64,000 bases of DNA from Nitrospina sp. (GTDB lineage: Bacteria > Nitrospinota > Nitrospinia > Nitrospinales > JACRGP01): positions 41,051 through 105,050 of the forward strand of contig JACAVV010000013.1 in the NCBI GenBank assembly GCA_024648695.1. The letters run 5' to 3'. The position numbers and the translations under genes are program-made. Shown piece after piece: positions 19,580 to 28,533 of this stretch. The notes under the pieces are model-generated. The model had not been told where the DNA came from and did no database searches. It saw only the letters and a program-made list of their open reading frames with translations. How positions within the stretch are numbered: the stretch's first letter is position 1; every line of letters begins with the position of its first letter.

Positions 19580-22500
19580 TTAAAGCTTTGGCAGATCGTA
19601 AACCTGAATTCGGCGGTGATCATAATTAGCTATTGCCAGAGAGTTGCCGAAAACGGACATTCCTCCTACACGATTGAACGCTCCTCGACGAATACCACTA
19701 AAATCAAATTTGGCTACCGGCTTCAGGTCAAAGTCCAGTTGAAACAATCGATGCATCCATGAATCTGAAAGTAAATAACCAAAATCCGGATGTTCAATGA
19801 TAAAAAAAATAGCATCGATCCCTAACGTTTCTCCAGGCATGGAATCAATTAATGTTCCTTCGGCATTATATTTTCGAAGAACAAGGTCCGATTGATCTCC
19901 CACCAAGAAACCTCCATTATTCAGACAGCATAGGCTACAGGGTTGATTCAAACCCAAGGCTCGCCCACTTTTTTCATCAAAGGATATTAATAATTTTCCA
20001 TTAGAATCGAAAACTTGAACCCGGTTTTTCTCAACGTCGACGGTCCATATATTGTTTTGAGCATCCACGTCGAGAGAAAACACTTTACCAAAATCAGCCT
20101 CGTCAGTGTTTCCAAAGGAAAGCAGGAATTCACCTTCCGGGGAAAATTTTTGAATCCTCGCATTCTCACTGTCGGCAATGTAAATACAATTTTCAGTATC
20201 TGTAGAAATTCCAATAGGGAACTTAAAGGCTCCCGGAGAATCTCCGTAATTCCCAAAACTCCCCAAAAGGTCTCCCTGGGAAGTAAACCTGTAAACTCGG
20301 TGATTATAATTATCGACGGCAAGAAAACCACCTGATATGGTATGTGTAAGGCCCAGAGGCGAAAAACGGACGTTAATATCACTCCGACTTTGCCCTATAG
20401 AATTTCTGAAAGACAATTTATTCCTGGAAACTTTTGCCTTATTTGTCTCTAGTGAATCAAGATCCAAAACGTTTTCCAACAAGTTTCGGATTTTATCAAA
20501 TCGACTTATCTGGTTATTCAAGATATCGATTTCCAAATCCAGAGAGGGTGCGTTTCTTTGAACATTCAAACTACGCTCTAACTCCTCAGGGGTAGAATTT
20601 TTTCCAAGATCATTTAAAGGAGAGCGGAATTGCGCCCTTTGGAGAATGATTTCCTTTCTATTCTTTAAATGTTCCTCCTTTTGTTGGTTCAAATGAGTAA
20701 CATACTTTTGGAGGTTCGACCAGAAATGGCCTGCTTTTGCCTGAGTAGGATTGCTTTTCAGGGAAACCAAACTCATTCCAGCCAGAACCAGCATTACAAA
20801 ATTATTAAGTTCATTAAACTCCAGAGTGGCAATCATTCTGCGTACTAAATGAATCTGGAAGCCTAATGACTCTATGGTTTTATTTATAGGGATAGGAGCT
20901 TTTTTATCGCGAACATCGACCTTTTTCAATTGGGCTTGTTGTTCGGCGTAATTTAATCTTAGATTTTTCCATTGTTGAATCAGCTCTTCGTGCTTATTTT
21001 CATAGACCATCTTGTTTTCAAAAATTTCATTCAGCCTGGAAATCAATTCTTCTTCTTTATCTTTTAAATTCCCTACTGAAACCTTCTGGCCTCCGCATTT
21101 AAAACCATCAGGTGACTTCTCCAGGGGCAAACCTTCCACCCAGAAGATTCTTAGTAAATCTCCGGGCTCCAGGGATTCCACATCAAAAGCCACTGGTTTT
21201 AAATCTTCCAGATAAAAAGAGATTGTGGAGTCGGGGTCTATAATTGTCTCCAAGCCAATATGATCAATCACCCAATCCATGACTTCTTTCAAAGTAAAGT
21301 CGAGCAAATAGTGGTCTTCCCAGTTTTCCTGGGTTCTTAATAAAATGCTGTAAATCGCGTGGGGGCTGGATTCAGAAAATAATTCCACCGCGAGACCCAG
21401 AGCTTCCTGATGGTGGCCTTGTTTCATTAAAAACAGCTTCAAAGAACGCAATAGCATTCTCAACTCAAAATGACATTGATGAAAAACTTCGAAGGTTCGC
21501 TCATTGCAATTGTACTTTTCCCGGAATACCGACCATTTAGCGTCTTCCGCCGCATCACTTTGAAATGCCGCCACCATAGCCTCTTCATTATTTTCCTTTG
21601 TCTGTAGTAACTGCAACATCGTTTGGCTCACGGCATCCAGGTTTTTCTTTAATAAATCATTACACCGTTGAACAGCCATTTTCGACAATTCGTCTTTTTG
21701 AACTGTACAAAAGTATTCCGCAAAACTCTCCATTGCCCTTCGGTACTGGCAAAACCTGGCGCGGAGATTTCGTAAATTCATTTGATCCTTCTTCTCCGCC
21801 AAATGAAACTCTTTGTCGAACACTCTGGGATCTTCACGTTCGCTCAGGATCAGGGCTTCGTGCGCGATGACTTTAGGAAAAAACTGTTGAGCCCAGGTCT
21901 CCCAGGTTGTATGGGCTTCGATCATTTGATCTCTTGAGAGGGCGAGTCCTTCTTCAAACAAGCTCAACCCCTCAATCAGTTTAGCCTCCCCCTCCTTACC
22001 TTGTCCCCCTGCTTCCAACTGCGTAAGACTCAAGGGGATTTTAAATGCCGATTTGAAATCGAAATCCGGATCGGCCCCCGAGCGTTCTTTTTCCTTCAAT
22101 ACCTTATCCACTGATTGAACAAGGTTATCCCTGGCAGAGTCCAAATCGCCATTTTGGGCCTGCACCATTCCCAGGGAAAATTGATAGTAAAAGTCGTCAC
22201 ACTTTAAATTCGCGAAAGCTTTTAAAGTATCAACCAACGGCGGCGGAGTGTTTGGAATGCAATCCATAAGCACTTCAAAGGTAAGGCCGATAACCAACCG
22301 ACCTTTAGAGTCAGCTTTCACCAGGCAAGGCATCTCGGTGGAACGGCCATCGCCTGACTTATCAAAGGCGAAAATGAACTGTCCCCACGGATCAAAAACT
22401 TGTATGCGGTTGTTGTTTAAATCAGATACGTATAAAAGGTCGTTGCTTCCAGCCCCAATATGAACTGGATATTGAAACTGCCCAGGCTCTTCCCCGCGAT

Positions 22501-23332
22501 CCCCAAAGGCAAGAACCTGATTCCAGTTGGAATCGAATTTCAGAATGCGATGATTTCCACTATCGCTGATGAATGAATTTCCGTAGCTGTCCCGAGCGAT
22601 GCTGGTTGGAAATTCGAAAACGGTAGAGGCCAGCAACCATTGCGGTGTTTCGTACATATGCGCAAGGTCCGCCTCCAAAACCGTTCCACGCTGGCCCAGC
22701 GTTCCATGCGACACACCATCCGGCGAAAAAAACTGGATGCGGTGGTTGTAACGCTCGACCACCACCAACTGTCCTGAGGATTCTATCCAGATGTCGTAGG
22801 GCTCGTTCAGTTGTCCCTTCTGGCTTCCGTAGGACCCAAAGTGGGTGAGATAGTTTCCTTCCGAATCAAATTTTTGAACGCGATGATTCCAGCAATCTGC
22901 AACATAAATACATCCCTCAGAATCGACGGCAATACCTTTGGGATACCACAACTGCCCTGGTTCTTTGCCCTGGCTTCCAAAACTGCGAATCAACTCCAAG
23001 CCAGAATTGAAAACCTGAATACGATGATTGAAATCATCAGAAATCAAGAGACTGCCATCGGCCATAAAAGCCAGGCCGGAAGGAGGCGACCATTCAGGAT
23101 CGGTTCCCTTTTCACGAAACTGCTGGCTGTCGGAAAGTTTGAACAGCCTTTCAAGAGTTTCCAGGTGACCCAATATATCCTTTGAATCTGCTATGGATTC
23201 AGAAGCGTTTTTTATCGCATCAAATTGTTCTTTCGCTTGAGGGGACGAAATATTTCGCACGCCCTCATCCAAAAATTTCTGGACGGCTTCTTTAAATGCT
23301 GGATGAATTGAAGAGGGATCGGAACCTGACAT
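19580..23332 (-). CDS. 1250-aa protein with N- and C-terminal NHL-repeat beta-propellers flanking a ~600-aa helical region
   Basis: Multiple clear NHL blades. N-terminal examples: PSGLAFMADGSLLISDDFNHRIQVF, PKGIAVDSEGCIYVADCWNHRVQKF, PYDIWIESSGQLVVVERYNHRIQFF, NSFISDSGNHRILKF, LLYVSDLNNNRIQVF. C-terminal examples: GGFLAVDNYNHRVYRF, CIYIADSENARIQKF, NIWTVDVEKNRVQVF, SLAIANYDHRRIQVY. No N-terminal signal peptide or TM. Confidence 0.85.
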   Translation of the reverse strand: MSGSDPSSIHPAFKEAVQKFLDEGVRNISSPQAKEQFDAIKNASESIADSKDILGHLETLERLFKLSDSQQFREKGTDPEWSPPSGLAFMADGSLLISDDFNHRIQVFNSGLELIRSFGSQGKEPGQLWYPKGIAVDSEGCIYVADCWNHRVQKFDSEGNYLTHFGSYGSQKGQLNEPYDIWIESSGQLVVVERYNHRIQFFSPDGVSHGTLGQRGTVLEADLAHMYETPQWLLASTVFEFPTSIARDSYGNSFISDSGNHRILKFDSNWNQVLAFGDRGEEPGQFQYPVHIGAGSNDLLYVSDLNNNRIQVFDPWGQFIFAFDKSGDGRSTEMPCLVKADSKGRLVIGLTFEVLMDCIPNTPPPLVDTLKAFANLKCDDFYYQFSLGMVQAQNGDLDSARDNLVQSVDKVLKEKERSGADPDFDFKSAFKIPLSLTQLEAGGQGKEGEAKLIEGLSLFEEGLALSRDQMIEAHTTWETWAQQFFPKVIAHEALILSEREDPRVFDKEFHLAEKKDQMNLRNLRARFCQYRRAMESFAEYFCTVQKDELSKMAVQRCNDLLKKNLDAVSQTMLQLLQTKENNEEAMVAAFQSDAAEDAKWSVFREKYNCNERTFEVFHQCHFELRMLLRSLKLFLMKQGHHQEALGLAVELFSESSPHAIYSILLRTQENWEDHYLLDFTLKEVMDWVIDHIGLETIIDPDSTISFYLEDLKPVAFDVESLEPGDLLRIFWVEGLPLEKSPDGFKCGGQKVSVGNLKDKEEELISRLNEIFENKMVYENKHEELIQQWKNLRLNYAEQQAQLKKVDVRDKKAPIPINKTIESLGFQIHLVRRMIATLEFNELNNFVMLVLAGMSLVSLKSNPTQAKAGHFWSNLQKYVTHLNQQKEEHLKNRKEIILQRAQFRSPLNDLGKNSTPEELERSLNVQRNAPSLDLEIDILNNQISRFDKIRNLLENVLDLDSLETNKAKVSRNKLSFRNSIGQSRSDINVRFSPLGLTHTISGGFLAVDNYNHRVYRFTSQGDLLGSFGNYGDSPGAFKFPIGISTDTENCIYIADSENARIQKFSPEGEFLLSFGNTDEADFGKVFSLDVDAQNNIWTVDVEKNRVQVFDSNGKLLISFDEKSGRALGLNQPCSLCCLNNGGFLVGDQSDLVLRKYNAEGTLIDSMPGETLGIDAIFFIIEHPDFGYLLSDSWMHRLFQLDFDLKPVAKFDFSGIRRGAFNRVGGMSVFGNSLAIANYDHRRIQVYDLPKL

Positions 23333-23436
23333 AGGAGAGGGGCTAAAGGATTAGGATTAACAAAAGGCCCTTTTGGGTCCGGCTCATTAAATCATAATTG
23401 AAATGGCATTGCCATTCAAAATACAGGCGCGTCCGG

Positions 23437-23901
23437 CTATAAAATGTTCAGAAAGAAGTCACCGGGTCCGACGTGATGGCGAAAGGAATAGGACCCCGCA
23501 GGAGATTGTTCGAAATAGTAATACCGCTCACCTTTAAACACTTCGGATTGGGAATCCTTTACCGAAAATACCACTCGATACAACACCTTCCCCGGCGCGG
23601 AAAATATTGGGAGGATCGGCCGACTTTCCTGAACGGATACCAACTCGACCTTTTTAGTCAACATACTTTTAATTTTTCCCGCAATGCCACCAAGATCGGC
23701 GCCTTCCAAGGACTCCTTGAGTCCCGGCAATTCTCCTTTCATCATTTCAGCGGTCAATCGGGCTTGAATAGATGCCACTACTGAGGAATCGCTGGCCGGT
23801 TTCAAAGTAATAAATCTGAACCCGACAACACCAATAACCAATATCAAAACCACCAGCAGGAATTTTCCTACACCACCACGCTCGTTATTTAGCATATTCA
23901 T
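23437..23901 (-). CDS. Hypothetical N-terminally membrane-anchored protein (154 aa)
   Basis: A single TM (GKFLLVVLILVIGVVGFRFI) followed by a soluble domain. No family recognised. Same strand and operon context as the flanking GT2 and NHL genes. Confidence 0.5.
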   Translation of the reverse strand: MNMLNNERGGVGKFLLVVLILVIGVVGFRFITLKPASDSSVVASIQARLTAEMMKGELPGLKESLEGADLGGIAGKIKSMLTKKVELVSVQESRPILPIFSAPGKVLYRVVFSVKDSQSEVFKGERYYYFEQSPAGSYSFRHHVGPGDFFLNIL

Positions 23902-23940
23902 CTTTGGTAAGAGATTAAAAGAGGAAAACGATAAAACGAA

Positions 23941-24885
23941 TTAAACCGATTCGGTAATGACAATCTTCTCAAGCTCAGAATCAGATACCGTCCTCGAGTT
24001 TTGAATACGGTATCTTCGACCGAGCAGGGTGAATAGCATTTTCATCACCGACAATTTACTTCGAAGGAGGACCAATCCCTGGCCCCGATAGGTAAAATAA
24101 GGAATGTCTTTGATTTGAAACTTTAGAATGGCATAAAAATACTTGAAAAACATTTTAAGGGAATAATCCTTCACCAAATTATAAAGGTCATTCCGCTTGC
24201 AAAGGTAAACATACCGATCACTGTAAAGCCCAACCGTTGCCGTTCCGATATGGTAAACCTTGGCGCGAGGCAAGTAGACCGCTTTCCAGCCCACCAACTG
24301 GCTTCTCATGTTCAGGTCGACGTCTTCCGCAAAAATGAAATAATCTTCGTCGAACAATCCCACTTGCTCGAACAATTCCTTTCGATAAATGCCCGCTCCC
24401 GCACAGGCACCGAACACATACTCTTCATCGTTATATTGACCGGCATCTTTTTCACCTTGTCCCCGACCACCTCCAGCGGACCACACATGGAACAAATCCC
24501 CAGTATTATAAAAAACATCCCGTTCGCCCAGAAACATCATCTTTGATGTTCCCATTCCGCATTCAGGATGCCTTTCCATCCCATCGTACAACTCCTGAAT
24601 CCAATCCGGTTCCACTTCGATGTCGTTATTCAACAAGGTAATGTATTTTCCATTGGAAGCAACAATGCCTTCATTGCAAGCTTTGGCGAAACCCAGATTA
24701 TCCGGTAATTTTATAAGGCGGACCCAGGGGTAATCCCTTTCAACCAACTCCCGCGACCCGTCGCTGGAACCATTATCGATCACCAACACTTCAAATTCTT
24801 CGAACCGGGACTTGGCCAGAGAATCCAGGCACATTCCAATAAACTTCATTCCGTTCCAGTTGGGAACAACGACGCTGACTTTCAT
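23941..24885 (-). CDS. Family 2 glycosyltransferase
   Basis: VSVVVPNWNGMKFIGMCLDSL...VLVIDNGSSDGS, LLNNDIEV and FAEDVDLNMR, a rhamnosyltransferase-type GT2 layout. Confidence 0.9.
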   Translation of the reverse strand: MKVSVVVPNWNGMKFIGMCLDSLAKSRFEEFEVLVIDNGSSDGSRELVERDYPWVRLIKLPDNLGFAKACNEGIVASNGKYITLLNNDIEVEPDWIQELYDGMERHPECGMGTSKMMFLGERDVFYNTGDLFHVWSAGGGRGQGEKDAGQYNDEEYVFGACAGAGIYRKELFEQVGLFDEDYFIFAEDVDLNMRSQLVGWKAVYLPRAKVYHIGTATVGLYSDRYVYLCKRNDLYNLVKDYSLKMFFKYFYAILKFQIKDIPYFTYRGQGLVLLRSKLSVMKMLFTLLGRRYRIQNSRTVSDSELEKIVITESV

Positions 24886-24985
24886 TTTATTTTTCCGTGG
24901 TGGTTCGACACTATAAATATTTGCTGGAATATCTTAACGGCAATTTAATTAAAATTCTAAAGCCATTCTGCTTAAAAGAAAAATA

Positions 24986-27400
24986 TCAATCGACAATCTC
25001 CTGTTGCTTTAAAAGCGTCAGAGCTCCCTCGTGCCAGGGATTCAGCTTTAAGCATTCATTAAGACAATGCACTTTCCCTTCTCCACTGGACAAACGAGCC
25101 AGGCGAAACCAGGCGCTCGCTTTTAAATCATTTTTGGTAAAAGATTCCGTATAACTTTGAAATCTCTGTCGGGCCTGGTCGATATCCCCCTCGCGTTCCA
25201 GGGCCGAAGCAAGGGCGTATGCCAGGTGTTCGTTGGCAGAATCCTTTTTTATATAGGTCAACAAGGTCGCCGATTCCACCTGCCGGTCTTTATCCAATTC
25301 GGCGATTCCTGTGGCGGCCCTTGTTTTCAACCAATCGGCATCCGACTGAAAATTCACTGCCTGGTAAGCTTCCTCAAACGCTTTGCGGGCTTGATCGTAT
25401 TGCTCAAGAGCGATCCAGGATTCCGCCATATAGAAACGCGCTTCAATCCAATCCGGCACCCCGGTACAGACAATCTCGAAATAACCAATAGCCTGCTGAT
25501 GCCTGTTTTTCAGTTGGCACAAACGGCCCAAATAAAACTTCGGTTCCTCGCGATTTCCGAAACGGCGGATATCTTCCTGAATCAACTGCTCGGCTTCAAA
25601 GAGTTTTCCCTTTGCCATTAAATGCTTGGCAAGAAAAATATGGAGACCCGCTACATTGGGTTTAACTTTTCGTAACCATTCCAAAAGCCTAAGGGACCGG
25701 TCCGCCTGGCCCAACCTATCGTACCACTTGGCTAACAAAAAAAGACCGTGAACATCATAAGGATTGAGCCCGCAAAGTTTTTTCAATTCCTTGATGCCAG
25801 TCCGCACGCGACCCGATCTCAAGTCCAGTTCATTAATCCCGGGATGGGGTTTGCCACGACAGTCCAGATCCTCCGGTGATTCAAACCATGTGAAGTCAGT
25901 GATGCTATGGAGGATTTCCATTTTCTTGACCCAGGATTGGCTCAGTAAATTAGTGAAAGGCGGCGAAAACCCATGCAGTCGGTATACGGGAAACCGACCC
26001 AGAGCTACCTTCATCAATCGGTAATCCAGACCGGTGCATTCCTTGAGTTTATCAATATTCAAATCGTGAAACGTTTGAATCAGGTAAACCGGCTGATGCT
26101 GAATCAATCCGCCGATCACGCTGTCGAAATAGGCCTCCAGTTTTGGAGTGTTCCAGGGGCCGCCACAATGATGCAGGAAGGTGTCGGAAGCCGGCTGGCC
26201 GATCAAGTGGTACAGTTGAGAAAACGTTCCCCAGACAAAAATTCTGCGGTCTTGTTCCTTGCGCATCCTCAACAATCGCTTCAAAACTTTCCCTAAATAA
26301 GGTAGATAAATGTACTGGTCAAACTTTTCACAACGGGACAAGGTTTTTGTGGATAGAGGCTGAAGGTAAAAAGGAAGCATATGAAACAGGTTCCATCCCA
26401 GTGCGACAAGAAATAGAACGAATAGCAGACCCGCAATGGCTCCCCAATTCTGCATGGCCCAATACATTCCCATTCCGGAGCTTAGCGACATCAAAGCCAC
26501 AACGGGCTGGTAATGATATCGCGAGAAAACTCTTTGCAACACGGGAAAGGCAAAGGTAAGGCCTGCAAACATGGCCATTAACAAGGCATTTTCCGATCCC
26601 AAATAAACCACCAATCCAGCCATTCCAAAAATCCACACCGGAAGCGTCTGCAATACAATATGAACCACATCCCGGAATACTTCAAAATACTGGCCTTTTG
26701 TTAGAGTCAGGCGCAAAGTGGTTTGCAATCGAGTGAGGTATTGCCTGCGTGATTCTTCATCCAAATATCCCAGTTTCCATTCTATCGCGTAAGCGATTGC
26801 GGGAGGCAACAGGGAAACCAAGAGAAACTGAATGCTTGTTATAATTTCTGAATTGAATGCGAGATATCCAAAGAAAAGCACTATATAAGCCCACAGGTTC
26901 CATTTTGCAAGAATAGCCATGCCAAAGACCAGACCAGCCCAAAGGGGCAAATCCAGCCACAAGCAGGTCAAGCCAAGAAATACCAAAGGAATATACATTT
27001 GTTCCTGGCTGTAATTGCCCGCCGTGTAATCCGGAGAGGAACCATAAAACGCATACAACCACGCGCCCATGAAAGCCGCCCAGGCGTTTTGGGTCATAAC
27101 GGTGATAGCGAAGTATATGACAAGTGTCGTCATACAATGGACAAGCATGAAGACCAGGCGAATTCGGACCACACCTTTTTCTGGGTTGTCCCCGTACAAC
27201 ATGTCCTGCAAATGCATCCGCCAAATGGGGTTTCCAATCAGGAACAGGTCCTTCTTCCATTTCAACCCCCACGATTTAAAACGCGCGATATAGGTAAAAA
27301 TCGCAAAATCATCATCTATCGGGAATTTAAGAAACGGTAATCGGGAGGCAACTGCAGTAGCAGTCAATACAGCGATGAACAGTATTTCAATTCGGTCCAT
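24986..27400 (-). CDS. Polytopic membrane protein (~430 aa, GT-C-like) fused to a C-terminal TPR-repeat domain
   Basis: 804 aa. The N-terminal half has roughly 10-12 hydrophobic helices. The C-terminal ~300 aa has repeated TPR-like units (LLAKWYDRLGQADRSLRLLEW, FYLGRLCQLKNRHQQAIGYFEI, FYMAESWIALEQYDQARKAFEEA, AYALASALEREGDIDQARQRFQ, WFRLARLSSGEGKVHCLNECLKLNPWH). Assignment to the GT-C superfamily rests on architecture only. Confidence 0.7.
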   Translation of the reverse strand: MDRIEILFIAVLTATAVASRLPFLKFPIDDDFAIFTYIARFKSWGLKWKKDLFLIGNPIWRMHLQDMLYGDNPEKGVVRIRLVFMLVHCMTTLVIYFAITVMTQNAWAAFMGAWLYAFYGSSPDYTAGNYSQEQMYIPLVFLGLTCLWLDLPLWAGLVFGMAILAKWNLWAYIVLFFGYLAFNSEIITSIQFLLVSLLPPAIAYAIEWKLGYLDEESRRQYLTRLQTTLRLTLTKGQYFEVFRDVVHIVLQTLPVWIFGMAGLVVYLGSENALLMAMFAGLTFAFPVLQRVFSRYHYQPVVALMSLSSGMGMYWAMQNWGAIAGLLFVLFLVALGWNLFHMLPFYLQPLSTKTLSRCEKFDQYIYLPYLGKVLKRLLRMRKEQDRRIFVWGTFSQLYHLIGQPASDTFLHHCGGPWNTPKLEAYFDSVIGGLIQHQPVYLIQTFHDLNIDKLKECTGLDYRLMKVALGRFPVYRLHGFSPPFTNLLSQSWVKKMEILHSITDFTWFESPEDLDCRGKPHPGINELDLRSGRVRTGIKELKKLCGLNPYDVHGLFLLAKWYDRLGQADRSLRLLEWLRKVKPNVAGLHIFLAKHLMAKGKLFEAEQLIQEDIRRFGNREEPKFYLGRLCQLKNRHQQAIGYFEIVCTGVPDWIEARFYMAESWIALEQYDQARKAFEEAYQAVNFQSDADWLKTRAATGIAELDKDRQVESATLLTYIKKDSANEHLAYALASALEREGDIDQARQRFQSYTESFTKNDLKASAWFRLARLSSGEGKVHCLNECLKLNPWHEGALTLLKQQEIVD

Positions 27401-27473
27401 GGAAGTCGTCCAGGGTCTTGAAAATACGGCAGGTAGGTTTTGGAGACAGGGCCAACCCGGTTTTTAGCTGACC

Positions 27474-28415
27474 CTAAAGGAATAACAATTTCAGTTTCAG
27501 TTTAAGGGAATGGTCGGCAGTGTCAGGTTTGCATCCGAAAACCATACGAAAAGCATTCAAAGCCAAACTGGCCAAAATCACTCCTTTATACAATCCACGC
27601 AATAGCATATTCCAAAAAAAGGAATAATGCTTGAAGAAAAAATACAAATTGCTTTTATATGTTTCCAAAATGACTTTTTCACGAATTCGGCTTTGGTGAG
27701 TGCTTTGACCTACCAGGTGCCGGACCCCTGTATCTGCGAAAAAGCAAATTCTGGAGCCAACATTTCGTGCACGTCGGCATAAATCGTCTTCTTCGTTATA
27801 TAAAAAATAATTCTCATCCAAAAGCCCAATCTGTTCAAAAAGGCTTCTGCGGATGAACAGGCAAGACCCTCCTACCACCTCAACTTCTTTGGTTTCCAGA
27901 GTACCCATTTCCAGGAACTCTTTATCCACGTTGAACCAACCCAGGGTCTTTTGCAAAGCGTCCCTGGGAGTGTCCTGCCTAAGCCTCATTGAGCTTACCT
28001 TATCCTCCTGATCAAGAATCTTCGGAGAAATAACAGCATAGTCCGAATGGGCGTCCATCCATTGAATCAACTTAAAAAAACTGTTCTCATACAATTCCGT
28101 ATCACTGTTGAGAAGAACGATATAGCGTCCTCTGGATTCCTGAATACCTTGATTGTTGGCGGCAGAAAGCCCCCGGTTGTCATCGTTGGCAATCACGAAA
28201 ACATTGGGGAATCGTTCCTTAATTGCCTCGACACTGCCATCCTCAGAATCATTATCCACCACAATAATTTCATAGTCTAAATCTTCGCAAAAGCGACCAA
28301 TCCCCTCAATGCAATTCAGAACCAGGGAACGGGTGTTAAAATTGACAATTACGATGGTTAAGTCTATCGAAGGAACAAAATGTTTGAAGGGAGAATACAT
28401 AGGGTTTATAAGCAA
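27474..28415 (-). CDS. Family 2 glycosyltransferase
   Basis: LTIVIVNFNTRSLVLNCIEGI...IIVVDNDSEDGS, LLNSDTEL, YNEEDDLCRR. Confidence 0.9.
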   Translation of the reverse strand: MLINPMYSPFKHFVPSIDLTIVIVNFNTRSLVLNCIEGIGRFCEDLDYEIIVVDNDSEDGSVEAIKERFPNVFVIANDDNRGLSAANNQGIQESRGRYIVLLNSDTELYENSFFKLIQWMDAHSDYAVISPKILDQEDKVSSMRLRQDTPRDALQKTLGWFNVDKEFLEMGTLETKEVEVVGGSCLFIRRSLFEQIGLLDENYFLYNEEDDLCRRARNVGSRICFFADTGVRHLVGQSTHQSRIREKVILETYKSNLYFFFKHYSFFWNMLLRGLYKGVILASLALNAFRMVFGCKPDTADHSLKLKLKLLFL

Positions 28416-28533
28416 ATCAAAACGCTTATACAGGATTGTTTACCCAGACACTCAAGTTAAACCTGATCCAACAATTCGCGGCGCAGGAGTGAAGCGAGAC
28501 AAGCCGCATTCTTGCTTCAGCCCTTGACTGGAG

